A stretch of 64,000 nt of DNA from Malacoraja senta. Its lineage: Eukaryota. The DNA is taken from NCBI GenBank assembly GCA_038087875.1, contig CM075997.1, positions 7,442,001-7,506,000 on the forward strand, read 5' to 3'. A model generated the notes under the pieces. That model saw only the letters and a list, made by a program, of their open reading frames with translations, was not told the origin of the DNA and ran no database searches. Below are positions 27,301 to 41,630 of the stretch, one piece after another (positions within the stretch are counted from its first letter, which is position 1; every line of letters starts with the position of its first letter). Made by a program: the position numbers and the translations under genes.

Positions 27301-28065
27301 GTTTCTCTCTAAATCATAAACAAGTGGAAAACTAATGGAGAATCTGAAAATTTATGCTGAAGTTTATTGGTTGGGCTATGTTCAATTTATAATTTGTCCC
27401 AAGTAATATAAGCTGGTCGAGGCCTCCAGTACACCCATCATGTAGTGATTGTGGATTTTGGACTTTTTCTTTTTGTAAACGGCGCCAGAATTGCCGACTG
27501 TGCATGTGTGAGAATTTCACTGTGCAGTGCATATGTGACGTCTTTTGTAAACTATCCTTTGTGAAGAATTTAATCATTCTATGTCCATTGGAGTGTTTGG
27601 TTTGAGTGCAGCACCTTGCACTGGAAAGTTCTTTCAAGACTTATGGAATTGAATTCTGGTTGCTGCAAACAAGCTAACTTGCTGTTTCCAAGGCGGTAGA
27701 GTGTTTTTCATACAACGGCTACCAAGAAATAGTTAGCAGTTAACAACCTGTTGTAATCATCATTCCAGGTAAATTTGGCCATTAGACCATTGATATACTT
27801 GTGCAACCTGCACACAGTAGGCAATAAACCAAACTGAACACTGTCACACTCAACAGACTCTTTTGTTAATAAGGAACACTTCTGAATCTTGAATCTTGAA
27901 CCTTGTTTCTCTATCATGTCACAGTTAAGCAGAAGATGACTGCAGTTTGGTCCTTGAAGTTTTGTTTCCACTGGTACCTAATTAGAAAAACAGTTACATT
28001 TTTTTTTTGCGTGAAATATTTCCATTTGTTTTCTGTACTATATTACTTAATCCTTTTTTTCTCAG

Positions 28066-28146
28066 GTCTTCATAATGGATCAAAGTTTTTATGAAGGACA
28101 AAGTTTATCAGGAGAAGACCTGATATTGGTTTCAGTTTCAATAAAG
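28066..28146 (+). CDS. CATSPERG: CATSPERG exon
   Basis: T-rich ctcag|...|gtaaga; 81 nt, phase 0-0; VFIMDQSFYEGQSLSGEDLILVSVSIK. Confidence 0.85.
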
Positions 28147-30733
28147 GTAAGACTAATCTGAATCGTGATGCAATCAACCCAAGATAACTATAGAAAAATA
28201 TGAAAATAACAGACGAGGTGACCTAATATTTGATAACTTTTAGACTTTTAGCATTTAGAGATACAGAGCAGATGCAGGCCCTTCTTCCACTGAGTCAGTG
28301 CCCACCCTGTACACTAACCTACACACACTAGGGACAATTTTACAATTTTACAACTTATTGAAGCCAATTAACCTACAAATCTGTACATTTTTGCAGTGTG
28401 GGAGGAAACCAGAGCACCTGGAGAAAACCCACGTGGTCACAGGGAGAACGTACAAACTCCGTACAGACAGCACCCGTAGTCAGGATCAAACCCGGGCCTC
28501 TGGCGCTGTGAGGCAGCAACTCTACTGTTGCATCACCGCGCCACTGCTCTGTCCCAAACAGATATGGATTTCACAAAAGTTCTTTATGAAAGGAAAGGGA
28601 TCTAAAAGGGCCAAGAATTTCTTTGAGGGAATTTTTGAGCAGCCAAACTAGACAGTTGTCTGCTACCTGCTGGGGCAAATGGTAGAAAAGACATAGGTTC
28701 TGATCCAAAGCTGTGGAGAGATGGAGAGGTAAAGCCACAAGGCAATTTAAAATAGGTGGATGATCATTTTATATTGCAGGAAGAACTAATTCTTGTGAAT
28801 GGATTAAGTTAATAAATTAATTAATTAATTCTTGTAAATACACTGTAAATGGATCGATTATAATCATGCATTGTCTTTCTGCTGACTGGCTAGCACATAA
28901 CAAAAGCATTTCATTGTACCTAGGTACACATGACAATAAACTAAACTGAATATGGAACTGAACTGAATTGTAATGTGCGGTTCGCAAAGGTCTTCTGTTA
29001 TCGAGTCTAGGCATTGAGCTGTTGACCTATACAGATTATGGAGCCTTGCTGACAGAGGCGTTTGAACTTTAACACGTTCAGCTGGAGAATATTGATAAAT
29101 TAGTCAGAGCAATGGCAGGTGAAGTTTAATCCTGATAAACTTGAAGTGATGGATTTTGGGAGGACTCATAAGGATTGATACATACATACTCAATAGTTGG
29201 GCCCTAGGAATTGTTGAGGAACAGAGTGACCTTTGTGCATGTGTATAGACCTCTGAAGGTGGCAACATAAGCACTTAGGCACAACAGAGGATGTACTTCC
29301 TACGGCAGCTGAGGAAGCACAATCTGCCACAGGCAATGATGGTCCAATTCTACATGGCAATCGTAGAGTCTCACCTTCTCCATCATGGTCTGGTTTAGCT
29401 CAGCCACCAAGTACGACACCTGGAGGCTGCAGCGAAACGTCCGATCAGCTGAGAAGGTTATTGGCTGCAACCTTCCCTCCATTGATGAACTGTACACTGC
29501 AAGGGCCAGGAAGCGAGCGGGCAAGATCATCACTGACCCCTCTCACCCTGGCCGCAAACTCTTTGAATCACTTCCCTCTGGAAGGCGACTCCGGATTGGC
29601 AAAGCTGCCACAGCTAGACATAAAAACAGTTTTTATCCACGAGTAGGAGCTCTACTCAACAGCCAAAAATCTGAAGCCTCCCTTTGATCTGGTATTTTGT
29701 TGGTTCACATGCTTGATCAATGGTGTTTTATCTTTAATGTTTTATTATTGTTAATGTTTAGTGTTATCTGAGTCATTCGTAACTGTCACTGTATGTCATG
29801 TTACTTGTGGGCGGAGCACCAAGGCAAATTCCTTGTATGTGAATACTTGGCCAATAAACTTACTTACTTACTTAGGGCATTTAAGAAGGAGTATAAGATT
29901 CCTAACTTCATTAGCAGCGGAATAGAGAATTTCAGGCCCTCGATTCCTGGTAACATCCTCGTTTTCCTTCTCTGCACTCTTTCCAGTTTATTGACATCCT
30001 TCCTGTAGCTGGTCGACCAAAACTGAACACAGTATTCCAAATGTGGCCTCACCAATGTTGTGTAGATCTGTAATATAACATTCCACCATTTATACTCAAT
30101 ATGTAGGAAGGAACTGCAGATGGTGGTTTATACCGAAGATAGACACAAAATGCTGGAGTAACTCAGCGGGACAGGCAGCATCTCTGGAGAGAAGGAATGG
30201 GTGACATTTCGGGTCGAGACATTTCTTGACCCGAAACGTCACCCGTTCCTTCTCTCCGGAGATGCTGCCTGTCCCGCTGAGTTACTCCAGCATTTTGTGT
30301 CTGTCTATACTCAATACCCTGACTGATGGCCAGTGTACTTCTTTACCAGCCTATCTACCAGTGACACCACCTTGAGGGAACTATTTACCTGCTAGATCCC
30401 TTTGCTCTGTAAGACATAATGGTTGGCTGGGCTGGGAGCAAGCACACGGCCTCTCTTATCAGAGGTGGAAAGCTAAGCAAATCTGAAATTGTCCCAGCAT
30501 CCTCAAAAAACAAATCAGCAGGCCTTGCAATCTCAGATATATCTGGTCAATAAGTAAATATTTGCCTTTAGTCATGGCCTACCTTCAGCCACTTTAAAAT
30601 GATCGCAAAATGATTGCAAAGGCCTTTTTTTACCTCCTGCTAAGATCACCTTGTTTATTCTATTGAATAGATTTCCACGTCAACTAGGGCTTTGTCTTTT
30701 AGCAGTGACGCACTGTATTCAAGAGAGAGTTAA

Positions 30734-30969
30734 TGCCCCTGTCCCACTTAGGAAACCTGAACGGAAACCAGGAGGTTTTTGTCAGTCTCGCGGCCGGCTT
30801 TGAATTTTTTGAAATAATCGCCGGAACATAGAAGAAGCGGAAACCACTTTTCACCATTAGGGAGACTGACAAAAACCTCCGGGAACCTCCGGGAACCGCA
30901 CGGAAACCTTGGGTGGGGCGCAAAGTCTCCAGAGGTTTCCATTCAGGTTTCCTAAGTGGGACAGGGGCA
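30734..30969. mobile_element. PIF/Harbinger-like MITE
   Basis: TIR TGCCCCTGTCCCACTTAGGAAACCTGAA; TAA TSD. Confidence 0.85.
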
Positions 30970-30974
30970 TAATA

Positions 30975-32300
30975 CAGCTCTTAGGGCTAATGGAATCAAG
31001 GGATATGGGGAGAAAGCAGGAAGGGGGTACCATGATAGATACATAGATACATAGAAAATAGGTGCAGGAGTAGGCCATTCGGCCCTTCGAGCCTGCACCG
31101 CCATTCAATATGATCATGGCTGATCATCCAACTCAGTATCCCGTACCTGCCTTCTCTCCATACCCCCTGATCCCTTTAGCCACAAGGGCCACATCTAACT
31201 CCCTCTTAAATATAGCCAATGAACTGGCCTCAACTACCCTCTGTGGCAGAGAGTTCCAGAGATTCACCACTCTCTGTGTGAAAAAGTTTTTCCTCATCTT
31301 GGTCTTAAAGGATTTCTCCCTTATCCTTAAGCTGTGACCCCTTGTCCTGGACTTCCCCAACATCGGGAACAATCTTCCTGCATCTAGCCTGTCCAACCCC
31401 ATAAGAATTTTGTACGTTTCTATGAGATCCCCTCTCAATCTCCTAAATTCTAGCGAGTATAAGCCAAGTCTATCCAGTCTTTCTTCATATGAAAGTCCTG
31501 ACATCCCAGGAATCAGTCTGGTAAACCTTCTCTGCACTCCCTCTATGGCTATAATGTCCTTCCTCAGATTTGGAGACCAAAACTGTACGCAATACTCCAG
31601 GTGTGGTCTCACCAAGACCCTGTACAACTGCAGTAGAACCTCCCTGCTCCTATACTCAAATCCTTTTGCTATGAAAGCTAACATACCATTCGCTTTCTTC
31701 ACTGCCTGCTGCACCTGCATGCCTACTTTCAATGACTGGTGTACCATGACACCCAGGTCTCGCTGCATCTCCCCATTTCCTAATCGGCCACCATTTAGAT
31801 AATAGTCTGCTTTCCTGTTTTTGCCACCAAAGTGGATAACCTCACATTTATCCACATTATACTGCATCTGCCAAACATTTGCCCACTCACCCAGCCTATC
31901 CAAGTCACCTTGCAGTCTCCTAGCATCCTCCTCACAGCTAACACTGCCCCCCAGCTTAGTGTCATCTGCAAACTTGGAGATGTTGCATTCAATTCCCTCA
32001 TCCAGATCATTAATATAAATTGTAAATAGCTGGGGTCCCAGCACTAAGCCTTGCGGTACCCCACTAGTCACTGCCTGCCATTGTGAAAAGGACCCGTTTA
32101 CTCCTACTCTTTGCTTCCTGTTTGCCAGCCAGTTCTCTATCCACATCAATACTGAACCCCCAATACCGTGTGCTTTAAGTTTGTATACTAATCTCTTATG
32201 TGGTACCTTGTCGAAAGCCTTCTGAAAGTCCAGATACAACACATCCACTGGTTCTCCCCTATCCACTCTACTAGTTACATCCTCGAAAAATTCTATAAGA
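30975..32300 (-). mobile_element. CR1-clade LINE, 5'-truncated, open RT C-terminal half
   Basis: 377-aa ORF 31133-32266 with YLDFQKAFDKV, GVPQG, FADD, RPHLEYC; (TCTATG)-type tail; interrupted at the 3' side by the MITE at 30734. Confidence 0.95.
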
Positions 32301-32565
32301 TCATATTCAGCTGGCTTGCAGGGCTGAATGGCCTACTGCTGCACTTATTTTCTATGTTTCTATGTTAAGGGCTGAGACAGAGACTGATGTAAGGGGATGC
32401 TAGGTGTGGGAATAAGGGTGTAAATATAAGGATGCGCCATTGATGAGTTGTGCTGGATACATCGGGTGTTGTGGACAGGCATATACTGGCAGGGAGAAGC
32501 TGGAGGAAAGTGAACTTGTCTGTGGATTGTGGAATGCCATGGTAGGAGAGGATACTTTTTGATCA

Positions 32566-34112
32566 ATAGACAATAGACAATAGGTGCAGGAGAAGGCCAT
32601 TCAGCCCTTCGAGCCAGCACCGCCATTCAATGTGATCATGGCTGATCATCCCCAATCAGTACCCCATTCCTACCTTCTCCCCATATCCCCTGACTCCGCT
32701 ATCTTTAAGAGCCCTATCTAGCTCTCTCTTGAAAGTATACAGAGAACCGGCCTCCACCGCCCGCTGAGGCAGAGAATTCCACAGACTCACAACTCTCTGT
32801 GAGAAAAAGTGTTTCATCGTCTCCGTTCTAAATGGCTTACTCCTTATTCTTAAACTGTGGCCCCTGGTTCTGGACTCCCCCAACATCGGGAACATGTTTC
32901 CTGCCTCTAGCATGTCCAAACCCTTAACAATCTTATATGTTTCAATAGGATTCCCTCTCATCCTTCTAAACTCCAGAGTGTACAAGCCCAGCTGCTCCAT
33001 TCTCTCAGCATATGACAGTCCCGCCATCCCGGGAATTAACCTTGTAAACCTACGCTGCACTCCCTCAATAGCAAGAATGTCCTTCCTCAAATTAGGGGAC
33101 CAAAACTGCACACAATACTCCAGGTGTGGTCTCACTAGGGCTCTGTACAACTGCAGAAGGACCTCTTTGCTCCTATACTCGACTCCTATATGTTATAAAG
33201 GCCAACATGCCATTCGCTTTCTTCACTGCCTGCTGTACCTGCATGCTTACTTTCATTGACCGATGAACAAGGACCCCCAGATCCCGTTGTACTTCCCCTT
33301 TTCCCAACTTGATGCCATTTAGATAGTAATCTGCCTTCCTGTTTTTGATACCAAAGTGGATAACCTCACATTTATCCACATTAAACTTAATCTGCCATGC
33401 ATCTGTCCACTCCCCCAACCTGTCCAAGTCACCCTGCATTCTCATAGCATCCTCCTCACAGTTCACACTGCCACCCAGCTTTGTGTCATTTGCAAATTTG
33501 CTAATGTTACTTTGAATCCCTTCATCTCAATCATTGATGTATATTGTAAATAGCTGCAGTCCCAGCACCAAGTCTTGCGGTACCCCTCTAGTCACTGCCT
33601 GCCATTCTGAAAGGGACCCGTTAATCCCTACTCTTTGTTTCCTGTCTGCCAACCAATTTTCTATCCATGTCAGCACTCTACCCCCAATACCATGTGCCCT
33701 AATTTTGCCCACTAATCTCCTATGTGGGACCTTATCAAATGCTTTGTGAAAGTCCAGGTACACTACATCCACTGACTCTCTCGTGTCCATTTTCCTAGTT
33801 ACACCCTCAAAAAATTCCAGAAGATTAGTCAAGCATGATTTCCCCTTCGTAAATCCATGCTGACTCGGATCGATCCTGTTATTGCTATCCAAATGTGCGG
33901 CTATTTCATCTTTTATAATTGACTCCAGCATCTTCCCCACCACCGATGTCAGGCTAACTGGTCTATAATTCCCTGTTTTCTCTCTCCGGCCTTTTTTTAA
34001 ATGTGGGATAACATTAGCTACCCTCCAATTCACAGGAACTGATCCTATAGAACATTGGAAAATTATCACCAATGCATCCACGATTTCTAGAGCCACTTCC
34101 TTAAGTACCCTG
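32566..34112 (-). mobile_element. CR1-clade LINE of a second subfamily, 5'-truncated, frameshifted
   Basis: ORF pieces NYRPVSLTS, QHGF.KGKSCLTNL, GVPQ, RPHLEYC; (ATTGTCT) tail. Confidence 0.93.
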
Positions 34113-34839
34113 GGAATTAGTCAACACAGGGAATTAGTCAAAGCAAATGGACCAAAAAGAAAGTTATGTCCAAGCCATGTCCAAAACAGGATTCTCATTG
34201 TAGATAAGTAGGAAAAAATAGCATAAAGTGACATTTAATGGCCCAGTATTATGAAAGGGTGCACCATTGTACCCAAGGGTAACTACAGTGATATGAACTA
34301 TCAAAGATGCAAACGAACGAATGGAGCAGGAAACTTTAAGATACAGCAGTAGAAGGGGAAAATATTGAATTAAAAATATAAACTGGTTTTAGTTTAGTTT
34401 AGTTTAGAGATACAGCGTGGAAACAAGCCCTTCGGCCCACTGAGTCCGCGCTGACCAGCGTTCCGCGCGCATTAATATTACCCTACACACATGAAAGACA
34501 ATTTTACACTTATACCAAGCCATCTAACCTACAAACCTGTACGTGTTTGGCGTGTGGGAGGACCCGGCGAAAACCCACGCAGGTCGCGGGGAGAACGTAC
34601 AAGCTCCGTACAGACAAGCAGCCGTAGTCCGGATCAAACCCGGGTCTCTGGCGCAGTAAGGCAGCAACTCTACCGCTTTGCCAGCATGATATCATACTAT
34701 ATATCTGTCATTTATACTAGGTAAGATGGCAAGAAACTCCATGAATTTCAAGATGAATTTAGGAACTCAGCCGTTGTAGAAGAGCAGGAAGTGCATAAAA
34801 CAACTGTTGTATTAGTCATTAGTCATTAGTCAAAGCAAT

Positions 34840-35195
34840 GATTGGACAAGCTAGATGGAGGAAAATTGTTCCCAATGTTGGGCGAGTCCAGAACCAGGGG
34901 CCACAGTCTTAGAATAAAGGGGAAGCCATTTAAGACTGAGGTGAGAAAAAACTTTTTCACCCAGAGAGTTGTGAATTTGTGGAATTCCCTGCCACAGAGG
35001 GCAGTGGAGGCCAAATCACTGGATGGATTTAAGAGAGAGTTAGATAGAGCTCTAAAGGCTAGTGGAGTCAAGGGATATGGGGAGAAGGCAGGCACGGGTT
35101 ATTGATTGGGGACAATCAGCCATGATCACAATGAATGGCGGTGCTGGCTCGAAGGGCCAAATGGCCTTCTGCACCTATTTTCTATGTTTCTATGT
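34840..35195 (+). mobile_element. CR1 3' fragment
   Basis: ORF 34842-35105 plus TTCTATG tail; related copies 35733-36245(-), 52270-52570(-), 53755-54020(-). Confidence 0.85.
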
Positions 35196-35308
35196 CTTTA
35201 TATATCACAAACCTTATTTATAAGAGGAGTTAGTTGGTGAGGGTAGTGAGCTGCTCGTGATACTCAGCAAGAACGTTGATTTAATTACAACTTACCTCTC
35301 TTTCTCAG

Positions 35309-35365
35309 GTAGTCAATTCTGACCTTGCCTGCTTTTTGGAGTTTGGAAATCAGGTTACGATGCAG
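35309..35365 (+). CDS. CATSPERG: CATSPERG exon
   Basis: ctctctttctcag|...|gtaaca; 57 nt, phase 0-0; VVNSDLACFLEFGNQVTMQ (mammalian VVGSSGLCF...MQ). Confidence 0.87.
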
Positions 35366-35532
35366 GTAACAAAACAAAACCTCTTACTTAATGCTCTTAC
35401 AATGTCACGGAGCTCAGTTCATAGTAATGCTTGTGTTGTTTTGTAAGTATCCGTTCATCACTTTTACTGTTTACTTCCAGTTTATATTGTGAATGGAGAA
35501 AGAAATAACAGCAGATTTGTTCTACTTCACAG

Positions 35533-35686
35533 GGTACCATACAGTTAAAAATCTTTGTTGGTTGCCCACCTGGAAACAGACTGGCTTTTGACATTGCCTA
35601 CACTCTTAACTACAGTATCAGTAAAAATAACGTGTACTTTGACTGTGTCGAGCCAGATGAAATTCCATGCTTCTATTACCAACACT
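35533..35686 (+). CDS. CATSPERG: CATSPERG exon
   Basis: cacag|...|gtaagt; phase 0-1; GTIQLKIFVGCPPGNRLAFDIAYTLNYSISKNNVYFDCVEPDEIPCFYYQH with the conserved GCPPGxRLAFDI motif. Confidence 0.95.
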
Positions 35687-36508
35687 GTAAGTGCATTATG
35701 CTCCTTACAGATTGTAATCGTAGTCGTACAGCATAGAAACATAGAAACATGGAAAGTAGGTGCAGGAGTAGGCATTTCACCCCTTCGAGCCAGCACCGCC
35801 ATTCAATATGATCATGGCTGATCATCCAGAATCAGTACCCCGTTCCTGCTTTCTCCCCATATCCCTTGATTCCGTTAGCCCTGAGAGCTAAATCTAACTC
35901 TCTCATGAAAACATCCAGTGAATTGGCCTCCACTGCCTTCTGTGGCAGAGAATTCCACAGATTCACAACTCTCTGGGTGATAAAGTTTGTTTCTCATCTC
36001 AGTCCTAAATGGCCTACCTCTTATTCTTAAACTGTGACCCCTGGTTCTGGACCCAACATCGAGAACATTTTTCCTGCATCTAGCTTTTCCAATCCCTTAA
36101 GAATGTTACAGGTTTCCATAAGATGCCCTCTCATCCTTCTAAATTCAAGTGAATATAAGCCCAGTCGATCCATTCTTTCATCATATGTCAGTCCCGCCAT
36201 CCCGGGAATTAACCTGGTGAACCTACACTACGCTCCCACAATAGCAAATTGCAAAAAGGACGAGTCTTCTGTCCATGCAAACCATGATGTCTATCTGCAC
36301 TGATTCCACCTGCATGCCATTGAGCCCACATTCCTCAGCAGCTTACCTAGGTAAGTATCTGTCCAAAATCTTTTGAAACATTGAAATTATATCTGCCTCT
36401 ACTACCTCCTAAACTAAGCTAAATCTCCTCTGGCAGCTCATTCCAGAGAACCACAACTAACTTTGTGGAAAGTCACCATGCAGATTAAAACTACCCTACA
36501 CACACTAG

Positions 36509-37070
36509 CTCCCTGCTGGATTGCAATCTTGCCGTGGTCGGGAAGCTTGTGTGTCTCAGTGACCCCTAGAGCTATGCCAGCGGGAGGTTCCTCTCCTGTT
36601 AGGGTCTCCCATACTGGACAGGTCGAAGGGTAGTGGCGAGACGAAGAGCGATCCACTGGTCCTCCAGGTTGGAGGTTGAGCACAGGGCTAACAACCCTGT
36701 CTCGTAAAACAAATATGTTACGGAAACAGCAAGTGAAGGAATCAACACTACTGGGCGTGATGGACTTCCAGGGCTATCGACAGATGCTAGGACAAGAGAG
36801 CATGGACACCATCATTGTGAGAAGGTGCTGGAACTGGATTGGCCATATACTGAGAAGAGAACCAGACAGCATCCCAAGAATAGCCCTGCACTGGAAAAGG
36901 GAAAAGGAAAAGAGGGAGACCCAAAACCACCTGGCGTCGAACTGTAGAGGAGGAATGAAAACAATGGACCTGACCTGGGGTAGTGTCCAGAAGCTAGCCC
37001 AGAACAGACAGGAGTGGAGAACCTTCGTTACTGCCCTACATGTCAGGAGGCATAATAGACAGTAAGTAAG
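36509..37070 (+). mobile_element. Bipartite (internally deleted) RTE-clade element
   Basis: RTE-type 5' UTR joined to the C-terminus WNWIGHILR...LAQNRQEWR; (GTAA)n tail; 12-bp TSD tacacacactag. Confidence 0.8.
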
Positions 37071-40000
37071 TACACACACTAGGGACAATTTTTACACAAT
37101 ACCAAGCCAATTAACCTACAAGTCTGTACGTCTTTGGAGTGTAGGAGGAAACCGAAGATCTCGGAAAAAATCCATGCAGTCACGGGAAGAACGTACAAAC
37201 TCCGTACAGACAGCACCCGTAGTCGGGATCGAACCCAGGTCTCAGGCGCTGTAATGCAGCAACTCTACCGCCATGTCACCTTACCGCCCCTAATCTAATG
37301 TTGATCTAATGTTCTTTGCTGTCTACGACACCATCAATGTTTGTGTCGTCTGCAAACTTATACATCCAGCAACCTACATTATCATCCAAGTAATTTATAG
37401 ATATTATAGATATTAACCTTCTGAACCTTCTGAATTTTGTATTCGGCAGAGCAGTACTCTGCATATCGCCAACTTGGACAATTTTACTTTTTTTTTAAAT
37501 CAAGCCAATGAAACAAGCCAATTAACCTACAAACCTGTTCAAGACTGCAGATGCTGGAAAATAGAAGGTACACAAAAATGCTGGAGAAACTCAGCAGGTG
37601 CAGCAGCATCTATGGAGCGAAGGAAATAGGCAACGTTTCGGGCCGAAACCCTTCTACAGACGACCCTTCTTCTTCAGTCTGAAGAAGGGTTTCGGCCTGA
37701 AACGCTGCCTATTTCCTTCGCTCCATAGATGCTGCTGCACCCACTGAGTTTCTCCAGCATTTTTGTGAACCTACAAACCTATACCTCTTTGGAGTGTGGG
37801 AGGAAACCGAAGTTCTCGGAGAAAATCCACGCAGATCACGGGGAGAACGTACAAACTCCATACCCCGTAGTCGGGATCGAACCCGGGTCTCTGGCGATGC
37901 ATTTTGCTGTAAGGCAGCAACTCTACCGCTGTGCCACCGTGACTATTACATTGCCAAACATCCTTGCACTGATCCCTGTAATATCTCTCCTATTACAGAC
38001 CTCCAGGAACTCATCTACCATCCACCATTAACTCGGCAAATTTTAGATACAGTTTGCCAACAAGCTCTGGATCCCTGTGCCTTAATCATAGCTGCTTAAG
38101 ATGCTTAACCTTCAACTTTCTGGGCATTTTACTCATTTGGCCAGTTCTACAAATATTTGTGTTACAGGGAGAATCTATAAAGATGACAACAACACAGGAG
38201 AGGCCCTTTAAGGATATCACACCATTTAATATGATAATTTATGATCTATGCTAGCCTCAAGTCCCGCAGTGATTCTCCATAAACTTCAAATGCTCAATCT
38301 CTCAAATATCTATCTCCATCATAATTAAACCTAATGATCCGTTCTCCAACACCCTCAGGGATTTGAGAATTTCAGCAACTTAACATATTCAGAGATAAAA
38401 ATTCTGCACATCTCAGTTTTAAAATTACTGGCCCCTTATTTTGTCTCTGTGCCCCAATGTTTGAGATTCTCCCACTATCTGTCAAGCTCCCTCAGGACCT
38501 TGTAGATTTTATTAATGTTGCTTATTCTTCAAAACTTCAAGGAATACACATCCAATCTGTCTGAACTTTCTTGATGGAAAAATCGTCAGATCTTCTGATT
38601 TGCCACGTGAATCACCTTGACCAAACTCCAATACCACTATATCTTTTTTTTAAGGGGATCAAAACTATTCCGGGTATGGCCTCCCCAACATCATGTTCAA
38701 ATGTAACAAAAAAATTTATTCTTGAAGTCCAACCCTTCTCTATAAAGGCCTGTAGAAGGGTCTTAACCCAAAACGCCAACTATTCATTTTCTCTAGAGAT
38801 GTTGCCTGTCCCACTGAGTTCAGTATTTTATGGAGTCATAGAGTGATACAGTGTGGGAACAGGCCCTTCGGCCCAACTTGCCCACACCGGCCCTCGATGT
38901 CCCAGCTGCACTAGTCCCACTTGCCTGAGCTTGGTCCATATCTCTCCAAACTTGTCCTATCCATGTACCTGTCTAACTGTTTCTTAAATGATGGTATAGT
39001 CCCTGCCTCAACTACCTCCTCCGGCGGCTCGTTCCATACACCCACCACCCTTTGTGTGAAACAGTTGCCCTCGGATTCCTATTAAATCTTTTCCCCTTCA
39101 CCTTGAACCTATGTCCTCTGGTCCTCGATTCCCCTACTCTGGGCAAGAGACTCTGTGGATCTTCCCGATCTATTCCTCTCATGATTTTACACACCTCTAT
39201 AAGATCACCCCTCACCCTCCTGCGCTCCATGGTATAGAGACCCAGACTTCTCAACCTCTCCCTATAGCTCACACCCTCTAGTCCTGGCAACATACTCGTA
39301 ACTCTTTTCTGAACCCTTTCAAGCTTGACAATGTCTCTGCAACATGACCTTCCAACTTCAATACTCAATACTCTGACTGATGAAGGCCAAAGTGCCAAAA
39401 GCCTTTTGACCACCTTATCTACCTGCGACTCAACCTTCAAGGCACCTGTACTCCTAGATCCCTCTGCTCTACAACACTACCCAGAGGCCTACTATTTACT
39501 GTGTATGCCCTGACTTGTTTTGTGTCTATCTTCGGATTAAACCAGAGTCTAAAGAAAGGTTTTGACCTGAAATGTCACCCATTCCTTCTCCCCATAGATG
39601 CTGCCTGTCCCGCCTAGTTTCTCCAGCTTTTTGTGTCTATCTGCAGTTCCTTCCTACATAAAGGCCTACATGCCTTTTATCTTCCTAATTACCTGTTGGG
39701 CCTGTCTGCTAACATGTGATTCATGACCTGGAACACATGGAAAGAGGAAATCACATGATCTCAGAACAGTGGTCTATTACGGAATATATAATTTTAACTT
39801 TCTTAGTTCTTCCATATAATTTAAAGCATGCTTGACAGTGATTTTAAAATGTTTTGCACTATTTCATTTTCTTTAGCTAAAAAGGATTCAAGCACAACTC
39901 AAAGTTAAACTGTAGGCAAACTCTTCCTCCTGATCTCTAGCTCTGTCCTGGGCCTCCTCCATGTCAGAGTGAGGCCAAACGCAAATTGGAGGAACAGGAC

Positions 40001-40276
40001 CTCATATTTCACTTGGGCAGCTTACAACCCAGCGGTATAAACATTGATTTCTCTAACTTCAAGTAACCATTGCTTTCCCTCTCTTTCCATCCCTCCCCCA
40101 CCCTAGTCGTCCTAGTTGCACTGTTGTCCTGTTGAGTTGCTCTGTCTGTATTACTCATTATCACGTAGCCCACAGCCAACAATGAACCATTGTGGGCATT
40201 GTCACCATTGTGAATATCTTTCATTAATTTGGTCTATATCTCTCTATATCACCGACCATTTATCTTGTTTCCCATT

Positions 40277-40294
40277 CCCCTGCCCCTCTCTCTG

Positions 40295-40334
<40 letters not shown>

Positions 40335-40660
40335 CCTCTCTCTGTCTTTGCCCCTCTCTCTCTCTCTCTGCCCCTCTCTCTCTGCCCCTCTCTCTGTGTC
40401 TTCCCCTCTCTCTCTGTGTCTGCCCCTCTCTCTCTGTCTCTGCCCCTCTCTCTCTGTCTCTGCCCCCTCTCCGTCTCTGCCCCTCTCTCTCTCTGCCCCT
40501 CTCTGTCTCTGACCCACTCTCTCTGTCCCTGCCCCCTCTCTCTCTGTCTCTGCCCCTCTCTCTCTCTGTCTCTGCCCCTCTCTCTCTCTGTCTCTGCCCC
40601 TCTCTCTCTGCCCCTCTCTGTCTCTGACCCACTCTCTCTGTCTCTGCCCCCTCTCTCTCT
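40277..40660. repeat. CT-rich tandem repeat inside a PLE 3' region
   Basis: ctgcccctctctct(gtct) units. Confidence 0.95.
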
Positions 40661-41077
40661 GTTTCTGAACAAGGGTCTCGACCCGAAACGTCACCTATTC
40701 CTTTTCTCCAGAGATGCAGCCTGAGCCGCTGAGTTCCTCCAGGTTTAGACCAAATTTGCAGTTTCTTCCTACACACTTACACAGCCTTGTTTTCTCTCAT
40801 TGTGTAGAGGATTCAAATTGAATTCAAATATTGTGAATACATTAATTGAAACATGCTATCTAGTACTAAGTACCATGCTGCTACCTGATTTTTTTATACA
40901 AGCACAAACGTCCGTAACCTATAAACTAAATTTACGACCACTGAACTCAGATTGATCTTTTGTTTACTTTTCGCATAGTTTTACTGTAAATGGTATCCAT
41001 CCACAATTCCCTATTTGTCACCAGCTGTGCAAAGGAATAATCTCTAACTCATTGTGGACAATACCAAAGGAGATTTA

Positions 41078-41630
41078 AGCCCCTGTCCCACTTTCACGAC
41101 CTAATTGGCGATCTCTGCCGAGTTTGCCCTTGACTCATACTCGCAGCATGGTCGCCACGAGGTTGTAGGAGGTCGTAGGAGGTCTCTGTAACTCTTCCTC
41201 ATGCTCGTGAGTGGTCTCCGTTTACTCGTGGCCTCAAGTAGGTCGCGGCGTTTTTTCCAGCCTGATAAAATATGTCCACGAGTAAAAAAAAGGTCGGCAT
41301 GGAAAAAATTGATACCTTTTACTTGTAGGTAGGTCGTAGTAGGTTGTGATGGTAGTCGTAGATAGTCGTAGGTTGGTAACTGGCCCGAGAAAAAAAATGC
41401 AAACATGACATCATTTTAATATGTGATCATTTTCCACTCGTAGCTAGTCGTAGTTGGTCTTAGGTGTGGAAGACTGAGGTCGAGGGGGGTCGTAGGAGGT
41501 GGTAGACATAGTCGTAGGAGGTCGCAGGAGGTCTTTTAATTCAGCGAGTCAACATGACCTTGACATTTTTTTCAACTCGTCTAGGGTCTTCTAAACTCGT
41601 GGATTAGGTCGTCCAAGTGGGACAGGCCCT
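41078..41630. mobile_element. PIF/Harbinger-like MITE
   Basis: TIRs, TTA TSD, internal GTCGTAG repeats. Confidence 0.85.

Noticed and set aside
27332..28094. Short ORFs in unique intronic DNA
   Set aside because: No motifs or splice-consistent structure other than the exon at 28066
34701..34726. AG|GTAAGA as a recursive splice site or exon boundary
   Set aside because: Weak pyrimidine tract, a short intron for recursive splicing, and the flanking exons already join in frame
40116..40776. Ser/Leu/Pro and Glu/Arg ORFs
   Set aside because: Translations of the CT-rich repeat
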